Below, piece by piece: positions 28,223-38,763 of a DNA stretch of 64,000 nucleotides. Each line of letters starts with the position of its first letter. Position 1 is the first letter of the stretch. Position numbers and translations under genes: made by a program. Below the pieces are notes generated by a model. It was given only the letters and a program-made list of their open reading frames with translations. It was not told where the DNA came from and searched no databases. The DNA comes from Camelus dromedarius (Eukaryota), in NCBI RefSeq assembly GCF_036321535.1, contig NC_087437.1, positions 100,256,001-100,320,000 of the forward strand, in the 5' to 3' direction.

Positions 28223-28351
28223 CTGCATTCATATCAACAACTTGCTTGTGAGAAAAAAAAATTACTGTAAATGGATTTTTTCAAGGGGCCTCCATCCAGG
28301 TACAAGGACAAAGATAACAGGACAGAAGAAAACAATACCAAATTTTTTAAA

Positions 28352-29522
28352 TCACAGCAATATTTTTTTCAAACCAGCTCCTAGAGTAATGGAAATAAAA
28401 GCAAAAATAAACAAATGGGAACTAATTAAACTTAAAAGCTTTTGCACAGCTAAGGATACCATCAACAAAACGAAAAGACAACCTACAGAATGGGAGAAGA
28501 TATTTGCAAATGATGCGACCAACAAGGGACTAATTTCCAAAATATACAAATAGTTCATTTGGCTTAATATCAGAAAACAAACAACCCAATCAAAAAATGG
28601 GCAGAAGACCTAAATAGATATCTCTCCAAAGAAGACATCCAGATGGCCAATAGGCACATGAAAAGATGCTTAACACTGATAATTATCAAAGAAATGCAAA
28701 TCGAAACTACAATGAGATATCACCTTATACCAGTCAGAATGGCCATCATTAAAAAGTCGACAAAGGACAAATATTGGAGAGTGTGTGGAGAAAAAGGAAC
28801 CCTCCTACACTGTTGGTGGGAATGTAAATTGGTATAGACACTATGAAGGACAATATGGAGGGTCCTTAAAAAACTAAAAATAGACTTAACCATATGATCC
28901 AGCAATCCCACTCCTGGGCATATATCCAGAGGAAACTTTAATTCTAAAATATACATACACCTCAGTGTTCACAGCAGCATTATTTACAATAGCCAAGACA
29001 TGGAAACAACCTAAATGTCCATTGATAGATGACTGGATAAAGAAGATGTGGCATATATATATATATGTATATATATATATACACACACACACACATATGT
29101 ACACACATACACACAATGGAATACTACTCAGCCATTAAAAATTAAAAATGCCATTTGCAGCAAAATGGATGGACCTGAAGATTGTCATTCTAAGTGAAGT
29201 AAGCCAGAAAGAAAAATACCATATATTACTTATATGTGGAATATAAAAAAAAAAGGACACAAATGAACTTATCTACAAAACAGAAAGAGACTTGCAGACA
29301 TAGAGAACAAACTTATGGTTAATAGGGGTAAAGCGGGTGGGAAGAGATAAATTGGGAATCCGAAATTTGTACCCCTTGGAGAGTGATGGAAATGTTAGCT
29401 ATCTTGATTGTGATGGTGGTTTCATTGGTATATAAATCTATCAAAATTCATCAAATTGTACATCTGAAATATGTGTAGTTTGCTGTATAGGAATCATACC
29501 ACAATAAAGATGTTAAAAAAAA
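28352..29522 (+). mobile_element. 5'-truncated L1 (ORF2 C-terminus + 3' UTR)
   Basis: Translates to [17 protein letters not shown]...[11 protein letters not shown] and [15 protein letters not shown]...HCWWECKLV, typical of L1 ORF2p, with stops. Confidence 0.93.
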
Positions 29523-30107
29523 GAAAAACACAAATTTTTGGAAACTGAAAAGCAGATGTATAAAGCTTAAAGACTGAAAGAACTCAAGAAAGTTGAATTC
29601 TAAGCCAGCAGTGGTTCAAAGGAAGCTTCACAGAGTTTCAGGATTTGGTCACCTAAGGCACATTTGAGAGTGGGATAAAGGTGACACCAAAAACAGGGTG
29701 ATTGTTTCAGAGTTACTGAAAAAATAAAATAAAAATTAAACACCAAGATCCCACTTTTGCCCTTCTGTAAGCTGGCATAAGACTGAGTGGGTAAAAAGAG
29801 GTTCTTTGGACAGGGCAAGAGGAAAGCAACTGGAAGAAACAGGTATTACTCTTAAACATTAAAAAAAGGCCATCAATAAAATTCTGAATTTCACTCTGTA
29901 TAAATGTATCACTTTTATGTGTTCATTTTGGAATCTGCATTATTAGGAATTTGAAAAAAAATTCTGGGTCTCTGGCTAAGGGTTGATTTATAAATATTAC
30001 ACACATGATATAAAACTAAAAACATATATATTTATAAGTCCATTTGCTTAGGGGTAAACAGATGACTTGGATGGTATTAATTCATAAAACCGATGTTCTT
30101 AGTGATG

Positions 30108-30633
30108 GTGCTAAGGGGAGGCTGCCCCAGGATGTGCCTCTTCTGGCATTAGGGTAATTTTGAGCTGAAAACAATCAAGACCCAAAAGACTCAGAAAAAA
30201 CCTTTGAACTTCCTCTTACTGCCTAACAGAATTTAAGATAGGTTTGTCCTAGGAAGAAGCTATCACTTGCGGGGTGTGTAAAGTATTAGGTGTGGTGGAC
30301 AGGGAAGAACTTAGCAAAGCCCATTTAATCAAAGTCCTCTCTGTGTCCCATTGTCTTTGGATGGCCCAGCAGCAAACATTTGTTTACCAAACATTAACTC
30401 TTTTTATCTTCCTGCAAATTACCTTACTTCCCTTGAAGCCTCAGACCCCCACCTCCAGTATATATACATACACCTCACCTTGCCTTGCTGTCTTTGGGAT
30501 TCTTCATTCCCATGAGACTTCCCTGTGTGCCCATAATACATTTGATTTTCTCCTCTTAATCTGCCTTACGTCATTTTAATTGCCAGACAAAAGAACTAAG
30601 AAGGGAAAGAAGGGAAATTTCCCCTCCCCAACA
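30108..30633 (+). mobile_element. MER34-like LTR
   Basis: ttttgagctgaaaaca...aagggaaatttcccctccccaaca ends. Confidence 0.65.
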
Positions 30634-30986
30634 TTGGTAAGGGAAGCAGAACAGTGAGAAACCTTCACTTCTTATTAAGAACAGCATTATCATTCTTGGG
30701 AAAGAAGATGTCTTGCTTCACAAGCCTTTATATTCCAGGCTTGGAAGAGGTGAAAATCCTTTAATTCTGAGGCATAAATCAGTCTCTGCATGTGATCACA
30801 GGGTTTTAATCATCTGTGGGTATGTTGACAAATCCATTAATTTGGGAAATCTTTGTAAGGACAGATGCTATATTAACCATGGTTATTTATGTCTCTATAA
30901 TTAGCACCTTCTTGATGGATCAGGAATCACTTCTCTGCTGGTTTAGATGCTATACAATGTGGAATGCTTGGTCCTGAAGCAGAGTC

Positions 30987-31525
30987 TGATCCTGTGGGAT
31001 CCTCCCTGGTACAAATCCTTTCCTTGTTTCTTGTTTGTAAGAAATAGGCTTCATTCAAACACCTTGACCTTCCCTGAGCTCCAGAGGCAGATCCAAACAA
31101 TTGCTAATCAGGGAAGGGAGGGAGCGCAGAGGTGAGGGAGGAAACAATAGTGCAGGCTTGGGGCAGGGTCCTGGTTCCTCCTCATGGAATATACATAACA
31201 ATATCTTTGAGTTCTGGTGGGAACTAAGGCCCCCACCCAGGTGGAGGATGCCAACTTCAAACTGAGCACAAGATTCCTGGAGCTCTGCTCTGTTACCTCA
31301 CCACCAGCTCATCAGAAGAGAGCCACACACCCTGTAGCCCTCATCCCAAATTTCATCTATAAAATCTGTTTCCCCAGAAACTATTGGAGACTTCGGGTTT
31401 TTTGAGTGTGAGCCACCGGTCCTTGCTTGGCCTTGCAATATAAACCTTTCTCTGCTCCAAATGCCAGAGTTTTGGTTTATTTGGCCTCACTGTGCATCGA
31501 GTACAAGATTTTTTCTTCAGTAACA
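30987..31525 (+). mobile_element. ERV1 solo LTR
   Basis: TG...GTAACA, near-TSD AGTC/AGAC, tataaaa and polyA-like signal; shares gaactaag.ccc...ccaggtgga.ga with 31945-32521. Confidence 0.7.
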
Positions 31526-31944
31526 AGACCTTACTAAGAAAAGGCGATTCATGTAATGTTTGTGCACTGTTTGTTAGCTTGTCTTGAGGATACCAAGCAA
31601 TCAGTATTTGAATGTTCCAGAATTAAAGAGATTATCTCATTGTAGCTTCCATGAGACATAATTTCCAAGCTGACAACAACCACAAAAGCTGTTTCAAGTG
31701 TCATTAAGAAGTTTCAGATTACTGCATAATTTCAGCTACTGTTTATCTGAATTAATGTACTCATAAACCTCAGTCTAAAGATGACTTCATATAACTTTTC
31801 CACCCAGTTTTAATGTAATTTTTTTAAAAAAGTTTGCTAAATAAGATAAAATGCTTCTTTGAAATTTACTTAAATCTTAGAGATGATACATTTGGCAAAA
31901 TCTGTGCTCAGGAATCTAAAAAAGTAGAAGACATTCTGTAAAAT

Positions 31945-32521
31945 TGTAAGCAGACAGGGTAGGAGGTTCTCAGAAAAAGAGAACGAGGGATGGCTTTCTT
32001 GACACAAGAGAAGCCACTTTTGGCCTAAGCCATTTTGTGGTCTACTGGCCACGATGCCTTTGCCCTTGAACAGGTCTCAGAAATTAATGATCTTAAGGGA
32101 GGTGAGGGAATGCAGGAACAAAGGAAAAGCAGTCAATTAACAGTAGTTCAGCGATAAATCAGAATCCTTGTTTGTCCTCAAGGGATATGCAAGGCAACCT
32201 GATACATATCTGAGTTTTACAGGAACTAAGACCCGTTATCCAGGTGGAAGAAGGAAAGATGATGATGACCCTTATGACTTCAGTCAATCTTTGCCCCAAT
32301 TCTATGCTGAACTCGCCTCTGCTCAAGTCCCTTCATGAATGTGCATATATCCTTATCTTAAAACTTCCCCAATGTTGCTGTTGGGGAGACACTGCTTTGA
32401 GAAAGATTCCCGGTGTTCTCTTGGGCTGTAGGTAATAAAGCCTTCCTTCTCCAGATCTTTGGCTTGGTTGTATCTTTTGGCTCGACAGCTGCCAAGAAGT
32501 GAGTCCAGTTTTGGGGTAACA
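31945..32521 (+). mobile_element. ERV1 solo LTR (577 bp)
   Basis: TGTAAG...GTAACA with perfect AAAT TSD; AATAAA near 32434. Confidence 0.82.
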
Positions 32522-32939
32522 AAATTGACATTATAGAAGTACCTTCTAAAAAGCTAATATATTAAGATACAATTTGTGAGTTACTGCATGTATATCAACA
32601 TGCAATAATATATGTGAAGATACTGATACATAAATTACATATATTGAGCTCAACAGATCCTAGAGAACCTATCCCAGGCTGTGCTTTCAAGAGTAACAAA
32701 GATGAATAATGTGCCTTTGGCCTTCTAGAAGTATTCAGAGTAAGAGAAGGGATTGATAGGTATGAAGATGCCTAACCATAGAAGGAGGCAAAAGGTAAGG
32801 ATTGCAAATCAAACTACCAGAAGGAAAGGGATTAGGATGGAAATATTTTGGGATAATTGCTAACAATTTCCTGTAGTAAGCAGTTAGGATGACCCTGATG
32901 GGTGGGTTCGATTTCTACTGGAGGAGACACTCAAGGTAG

Positions 32940-33101
32940 TGTTAGGTAGTTTAGACAGAAATGAGCACTGGGCAGGGGGAGGGGCAGGGGGAGAGGAAGG
33001 GGAGAGGAACAACCCAGAACACAAGGAACCTGAGCTGTCAATTAACCAGAGCACAAGGAACCTGAGCTGTCAATCAATCAGAGCGCATGGAACTTGAGCC
33101 G

Positions 33102-33136
<35 letters not shown>

Positions 33137-33348
33137 GGAAACCAGGATGGAAAACCAAGGGAACAGCACCATTTTTCCTCTCTAGGATTGGCCTGCTCCC
33201 AATTCTCGGGAGTGTACTATCTTTCATTTTTTTTTTAACTTCACTAATAAAAATCTTGCTTATATTACGCTTTTTGTCTTTCAAAAATTCTTTTTTTTTC
33301 AGGTGACTAAGAACTGAGGTAATTCTTATTTCCCTTTTCCCAGTAACA
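32940..33348 (+). mobile_element. 5' LTR of provirus (409 bp)
   Basis: TGTTAGGTAGTTTAGA...CAGTAACA; three 32-bp repeats, (TCAA)n tract, AATAAA. Confidence 0.93.
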
Positions 33349-33355
33349 TTAATTT

Positions 33356-33373
33356 TGGTGCCATGACTTGGAT
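33356..33373 (+). other. Primer-binding site complementary to tRNA-His
   Basis: TGGTGCCATGACTTGGAT vs TGGTGCCGTGACTCGGAT, 16/18; both mismatches are CpG transitions. Confidence 0.85.
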
Positions 33374-33868
33374 CACATGCTTAAACCTAATCTTTCCTCC
33401 TTCATTTCCCTCTCCCTCCCCGAGGCCAGTGGAGCACAAGCTCTTAGGGATGGCTGTGGAGGATGGAGCGAGGATACAGGGCATGGAGCTCCAAGCAATG
33501 CTGGACCAGTCAAGCAGTGAGTGGCCCATCTGGGATCCCGTGCCCAGCCAGTCACTGCAGCCATGTGCCGCCTCCCCCATGCCCAGCCACATGCACGCCT
33601 GCCCCAGAGCGCTCTGACCCCTGCCAGCCCCGCCTGCCATGGAGCTCCAACTGGAGATAACCAGGCTTACTCTAGAAGCACAGTAAACTAATAACTTCTG
33701 GCCTTTACACTGGACTGGCCTACAGAGAGGACTACTGACCACCTTAAAACAATGTTCAAACAAGGGAGAAAGTACCAAACCAGGAAGAGAATAAGACAAC
33801 ATCTGAGGTAGACAGCTGACCCAAGATACCGGACCAGGCCTGTATACCAATTACTTTATCACTCACAC

Positions 33869-34846
33869 TGATGCAGGAAAATGGCTGTGGGGCGTGAGGA
33901 AGGCCATGTCCCAGGTCTCAGTTGAGGCCCTGGCACGTGCCCCGCCAAGTATGGGTCTTTGGCTTAAGTCAGGAAAGAATTCAAGTGCGAGCCACAATTC
34001 AGTAAAAGCAGATTTATTTAGAGAGATACTGCATAGAGTGTAAGGCAAGAGAAAGGCAAGGAAAGAAGTGAGGGAATTGGCGCTCAGGTTAAAGTAAAAG
34101 TAGGTACACACTCCATAGACAGAGCGCGGGCTGTCTCCAAAGAGAAGGGAGTGAAAAAGGCCACTAGGCGAGGTGTTGCCAGTTTTTATATGGGCTCAGT
34201 AGCTTCACACGCCTACAGGTGGGACCATTCCAACTGCCCTGGGGAAGGGGCTGGGATTCCCAGGGATTGGGCCACCGCCCATTCTTTGGCCTTTTGCAGT
34301 TAGCCTTCGGGCTGTCATGGCGCCTGCGGGCATGTTATTTATCACCCTGTTACAATGAGCATATAATGAAGCTCAAGGTCTACTAGAAGTCAAACCTCTT
34401 AATCCTCAAGGCTAACTAGGAGTTGAATCTTCCACCATTTTGGTGTTAAATTTGCTCGTCATTCCTTGAGTGGTTGTGCCCTGCCCCCTTCCATCCTGTC
34501 TCAACATCTTTATATACTGGTCTGTAGCCTTTGCTGGGGATCCTTGTTTCTGCTTTCTGACCTGTGCTATCCAGTTTTCTTTAAAAAAAAAAAAAAAAAA
34601 AAACCCAGCTTCCTTCAATCTCTCTTTCCCACTCGTCACCGCAAGGTCCTATGGTCCCGACAGGGGTGCCTCCCTCCTGGGCTATTATTAACTTACTCTC
34701 TGACCTAAAAGAAAACTCTCAGTTTCCTAATGCGGCTGGGGCCATGCCCTTGTTGCCACTATTTCAACCTGCGGTGCCCTGGGAACTTATAACCATATCC
34801 TGTTTGCCTAATTCACCGGCCAGCAAGTATCTGGCCACCTCTTTCA
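33869..34846 (-). mobile_element. Antisense solo LTR nested in the provirus leader (boundaries approximate)
   Basis: Minus-strand AATAAA (tttatt 34013-34018), TATA-like tttatat near 34186, TG/CA-like ends; clean TSD not found. Confidence 0.65.
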
Positions 34847-35479
34847 TACATGGCTTGAGTAACATTGTCCCTGGTGGCCTTTTCTAGAAAACACCACCAT
34901 GGACAGTAATCATGGGCTGCAATGTCTCTGACTCCTTTCTGGCTTCATGTCCCTCTGGGGACACTTGCTCGGGCAAGAAAACATCTCTACCTTAGAAAAC
35001 TGAGCTGCTGGAGTTCTAGCTCGAGTTCTAGCTCAAGTTCTCCTCTCCTGCTGCCTTCCCCATTCAGGAGCTTCCATATGGACCCTCTAACCTGAACTCA
35101 CTCATTTTTGCTCCCCCTTTCTCCAACTATCCCAGTTGAGTAGCTCTCTAGCTCCCAGCTCACCAACCACTCACAGGGTTAAAACTCACTAGTTCCTTGG
35201 ACTGTGGAGACTCCCAGCTCATGGTAAGACTGTGGCCACCCTCACCATCCAGAGAGGAGGCTGGGATGCCAAATCCTCCTCCTGCAGACCAATGACACTG
35301 AGACACCAGGCTCTCCTTGGTCCATTGCTTCAGGGTACTCTTGGCTACAGGCAGAAGACTGAGATGTCAGACTATAGCCTGTGGGCTTCACCTCAGGACG
35401 CTGAGCTCTGAAGACCACCCCCTCTTCCCCCTGGTATCCTGCCCTTCAGATGAAAAACCAATAGTTGATCCCTGCTGGG

Positions 35480-36200
35480 ACACCCCTGGGCGATATCTTA
35501 GCCAAAAGCATGGCCCATAAATAGGAGCATAAATTCAACCACCTTGCTCCAGCTTGATCTCTTCTACAATACACAGGCAAATGGTCTAAAATGTCATATA
35601 TCCAGATATTTTATTTGCTAAGGGACAGCAATAGTCTCCTAAGGAAATGCAAAATAACCACCTTGGCCATGGTTACTATCAGCAACCTGCTATCCCTAAC
35701 ACCTCCTTGAGAGGAGGACTCCCTTAAACGTCTGTCCTCCTCTGCTCTCCCTGCCATATACCCTGTGTTTCCCTAATACCCAGGAAAGACATTGCCTTCA
35801 GGTCCTCCATTACCGCTGATAGCTAAGACCTGCCCCCTGGTAGAAACACATGGAAAATTTGGTCCACAGTTTATATATAAGCCGTTTTCTCTGGTAGAGC
35901 TGAGACAAATTAAGACTAATTTGGCAAGCTAATGGTCTCACCTGGGAAGATGTTAATATTTTCCTTGGCCAAACACTATCTGACACAGAAAAGGAAAGGG
36001 TTCTCAGAGAAGCCAGAAAATATGCAGACAGTCTACATCTATCTAATGACAAGTACCCCATAGGGGAAAAAGCTGTTCCCCAATGGACCCTGGATGGGAC
36101 TATAATGACCTTAACCAAAAGTGGGAAAGAGATCAATTTTAATCTGTGTTAAGGCAGGACTCTGGGCAGCTCAACAGAAGGTTATCAGTTATTCTAAGAC
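35480..36200 (+). pseudogene. Degenerate ERV gag (MA and CA fragments)
   Basis: Broken frames WPINRSINSTTLLQLDLF / GKWSKMSYIQIFYLLRD and GKFGPQFIYKPFSLVELRQIK / LTWEDVNIFLGQTLSDTEKERVLREARKYAD resemble ERV9/HERV-W-type Gag; stops and frameshifts present. Confidence 0.85.
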
Positions 36201-36500
36201 CCTTGTTTATCCTCTTCACCCCTTGGCTAGGATTAGCAATACATATTTGACCTCTACCTTTTCAGCCTTCTTATAAAATGTGTTTCTTCTTGTCTAGAGT
36301 CAAACTTTAAATGGCTATACAACGAGGTAATCAACCAATCAGCCAAGACAGCTTTTACACAAGCCCCTTGATGGACACTGACCCTTCGCTTACCACCTGC
36401 CCAGTGACAGCCAGCTAGTCTGGGACCCCAGTGAGTTTCATCATTGTCCCAGATCAGCAGGAAGTAGCTAGAGCAGTCAACGCCCTCTATGTCCCAAAGA
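36200..36500 (+). pseudogene. Degenerate ERV env C-terminal (TM/cytoplasmic) remnant
   Basis: IFDLYLFSLLIKCVSSCLES resembles the class I Env motif FGPCIFNLLVKFVSSRIE; lies just before the polypurine tract. Confidence 0.7.
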
Positions 36501-36528
36501 TTTGGGGTCCTATGACTAGAGGGGAGAA

Positions 36529-36709
36529 TGTTAGGTAGTTTAGATAATGAGCAGTGGGCAGGGGGAGAGGATGGGGAAAGGAACAATCCAGAACACAAGG
36601 AACCTGAGCTGTCAATTAACCAGAACACAAGGAACCTGAGCTGTCAATTAACCAGAACACAAGGAACCTGAGCTGTCAATCAGCCAGAGAGCAGGAAACC
36701 TGAGCTGTT

Positions 36710-36742
<33 letters not shown>

Positions 36743-36969
36743 GGAAACCAGGATATAAAAACAGGGAAAGCGAGGGAACAGTACCATTTTTTCCTCTCTT
36801 GGATTGGCCTGCTCTCAATTCTCAGGAGTGTACTATCTTTCACTTTTTTTTTTTTACTTCACTAATAAAAATCTTGCTTATATCACGTTTTTTTGTCTCT
36901 CATCAAAAATTCTTTTTTTTCGGGTGATTAAGAACCGAGGTAATTCTTATTTCCCTTTTCCCGGTAACA
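36529..36969 (+). mobile_element. 3' LTR of provirus (441 bp)
   Basis: Direct repeat of the 5' LTR; four 32-bp repeats, (TCAA)n, TATAAAA 36754-36760, AATAAA 36864-36869. Confidence 0.93.
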
Positions 36970-38496
36970 GTAGCAACTTTATAACAAATGTGTGCTGCTT
37001 CAAAGTGATTAATACGAGAAAAGTTCTCATAAAGGTCTGAAATAGATATGAACTTTAATACCTAATCTTTTCTAATTTCATAAAGGTTAATGTGGTATAC
37101 AAAATTTAAGTTCCAAATATTTTATACCTTCAATTATATCCAATAGAATTCCTGTTTCCTAAACTAGTAGGAAGTCCCTACTCTGGACTCTCCTTAGATT
37201 AGGAAGGATTCCACTTAGAAACAAGTTAAATCACTGGAGTGGGGATTCAAGTCTTGATATTTTACGAAAGTTTCCCAGATTTTTTTTTTTTTTTAATTTA
37301 AAAGTTCTTCAGATAATTTCAAGGTGCAGCCACGGTTGCAAACCACCAGGCTAAATTGCAGTTGGGCAATTTTGGTCTTACTGATAACCGGTTTGCTTCC
37401 TTTGCTGCTTCAATAAATGACAAGAATTTTCCAGTGTTATTTTTTATTAGCTTCTTCTTTCCTGAGTACTTTCTATGTGACAGGTACGGTGCCAAGCATT
37501 CTTTAGTGCATTATCTCATCTAATTTTCACAGCTACCGCTAAGGTAGGTGCTTCTAAGTCACTTGCCCAGTTATTGCCTCATTCTGGAGCTCAAGAATTT
37601 ACCACTGCACTACACTGCTTCTCTTCTCTAGTTCACTCCTGATAAGGAACTGTTGGGAACACCGAAGTCTTCCAGGAGTTATAAATAAACGTTATCTGGA
37701 AAGAGCAGCCGAGAACAAGCAGCAAAATGACACAAGAACAAGTATGGAGGAAACCAGGAGGTGGAAGCGGCATGGCCCGGCTGACGGGGAAATTCTGGGA
37801 GAGTTAACATCTCTCCCCAGCTCCCCAGCTACCGCCACCCCTCCTCCGCCAACAAGCCTTTAACCGTCATTACTTGGTCCCACTTTTCAACCTTTGGTCC
37901 TTGTTGGCCAATTCAGGGCTAGAATAACCTTTAAATATAAAGAGGGAAAACCCAATCCGGGTATTTCCCAAATCAATAGCTGCAGTTTAGGGGGTTACTC
38001 ATTACTGGAGATGGGGAAAAGCTTCTCTAACCCTCCGCCATCAAACTAATCGACTCAAAGAGATGGGCGCAAATGCTGGACGCTGCCGAGGTTAATTCCC
38101 CTGGAGCCTTAGGTGGGGGAGCCCGCCCCAACAGCAAACCTCTAAAGGTAGGAGGCGTGGCTGGAGGCCCCACCCGTACTCTCCCGAGGGGAGGGTGGGG
38201 TCAGTGCACGCGTGGCCGATGGCTTCAGCAGCCCTTCGGGGTCCGGAGTCTGGGGGGCGAATTCTGTCCAGTGCCGTGCCTTTCAGCAAGGGCGCGGCGG
38301 CAGATCCAGTAGTCTGGGAGAGGGGTGGCCCGCCCCAAGTGCACAAACCCCGATTTAACTGAAAGCTTTGAGCCGGTGAGGATCCCTGCTCAGGGTTGAG
38401 ACGAGTGGCTTCCTGGCGCACCCCAACGCCCGAGCGCCCCGGGCAGGGAGTCCCTCACTCGGGAGGGTCCCCGGGGCAGCAGGCGCGGGGCTCCCT

Positions 38497-38510
38497 GTTG
38501 CCATGGTAAC
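38497..38510. promoter_or_regulatory. RFX X-box motif
   Basis: GTTGCCATGGTAAC, one base from the palindromic consensus GTTGCCATGGCAAC, ~210 bp upstream of the ATG. Confidence 0.6.
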
Positions 38511-38557
38511 CCCACGCGCCTGGCAGAGACGGCGCTCGCCGCGGGGCTCCACCGCTC

Positions 38558-38580
38558 CCGGAAGTGACGTGTTTCACCTG
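38558..38580 (+). promoter_or_regulatory. Overlapping ETS-CRE composite plus E2-box
   Basis: CCGGAAGTGACGT (38558-38570) followed by CACCTG (38575-38580). Confidence 0.65.
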
Positions 38581-38720
38581 CCGAGCGAGGGCGGGGTGCG
38601 ACCGGGCTGCGAGGTGCCGCCGCCGCCAGCAACCAGTCCGGAGCGCGCGAGGCGCCGGGTGACTGAGACCCCGGTGAGAGCCGCCTACCTGCAGTCGTCG
38701 CCCACGGCCGGGCCGCCAGC

Positions 38721-38763
38721 ATGGCGCTTCTGCTGCGCGTCGTGCTCCTGTGCGGAGTCGCTG
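38721..38763 (+). CDS. CXADR: CXADR coding exon 1 (signal peptide MALLLRVVLLCGVA + first base of Asp codon)
   Basis: ATG in strong Kozak context (gccgccagcATGG) inside a CpG island; the 43 coding nt end at a G|GTGAGT donor (38764); peptide resembles the mammalian CAR leader MALLLxFVLLCGVxD and joins exon 2 in phase 1. Confidence 0.96.

Larger units (their letters stand above)
32940..36969 (+). mobile_element. Internally deleted class I (ERV1, gammaretrovirus-like) provirus with two LTRs
   Basis: TG...CA direct-repeat LTRs at 32940-33348 and 36529-36969; GTAG TSD at 32936-32939 and 36970-36973; PBS, polypurine tract AGAGGGGAGAA (36518-36528), gag and env relics. Confidence 0.93.

Noticed and set aside
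28161..29116. ORFs of 64-130 aa as host genes
   Set aside because: Fragments of L1 ORF2 and its antisense strand, with stops
33014..33136. 32-bp direct repeats as a CRISPR-like array
   Set aside because: No spacers, eukaryotic context, and they lie inside LTR U3
33326..33850. 174-aa minus-strand ORF in the ERV leader
   Set aside because: No recognisable domain; explained by the GC-rich segment
35011..35040. 12-bp tandem repeat gagttctagctc
   Set aside because: Short local slippage duplication with no evident function
36200..36500. Domesticated env (syncytin-like or receptor-blocking gene)
   Set aside because: Only a short frameshifted C-terminal remnant is present; no ORF
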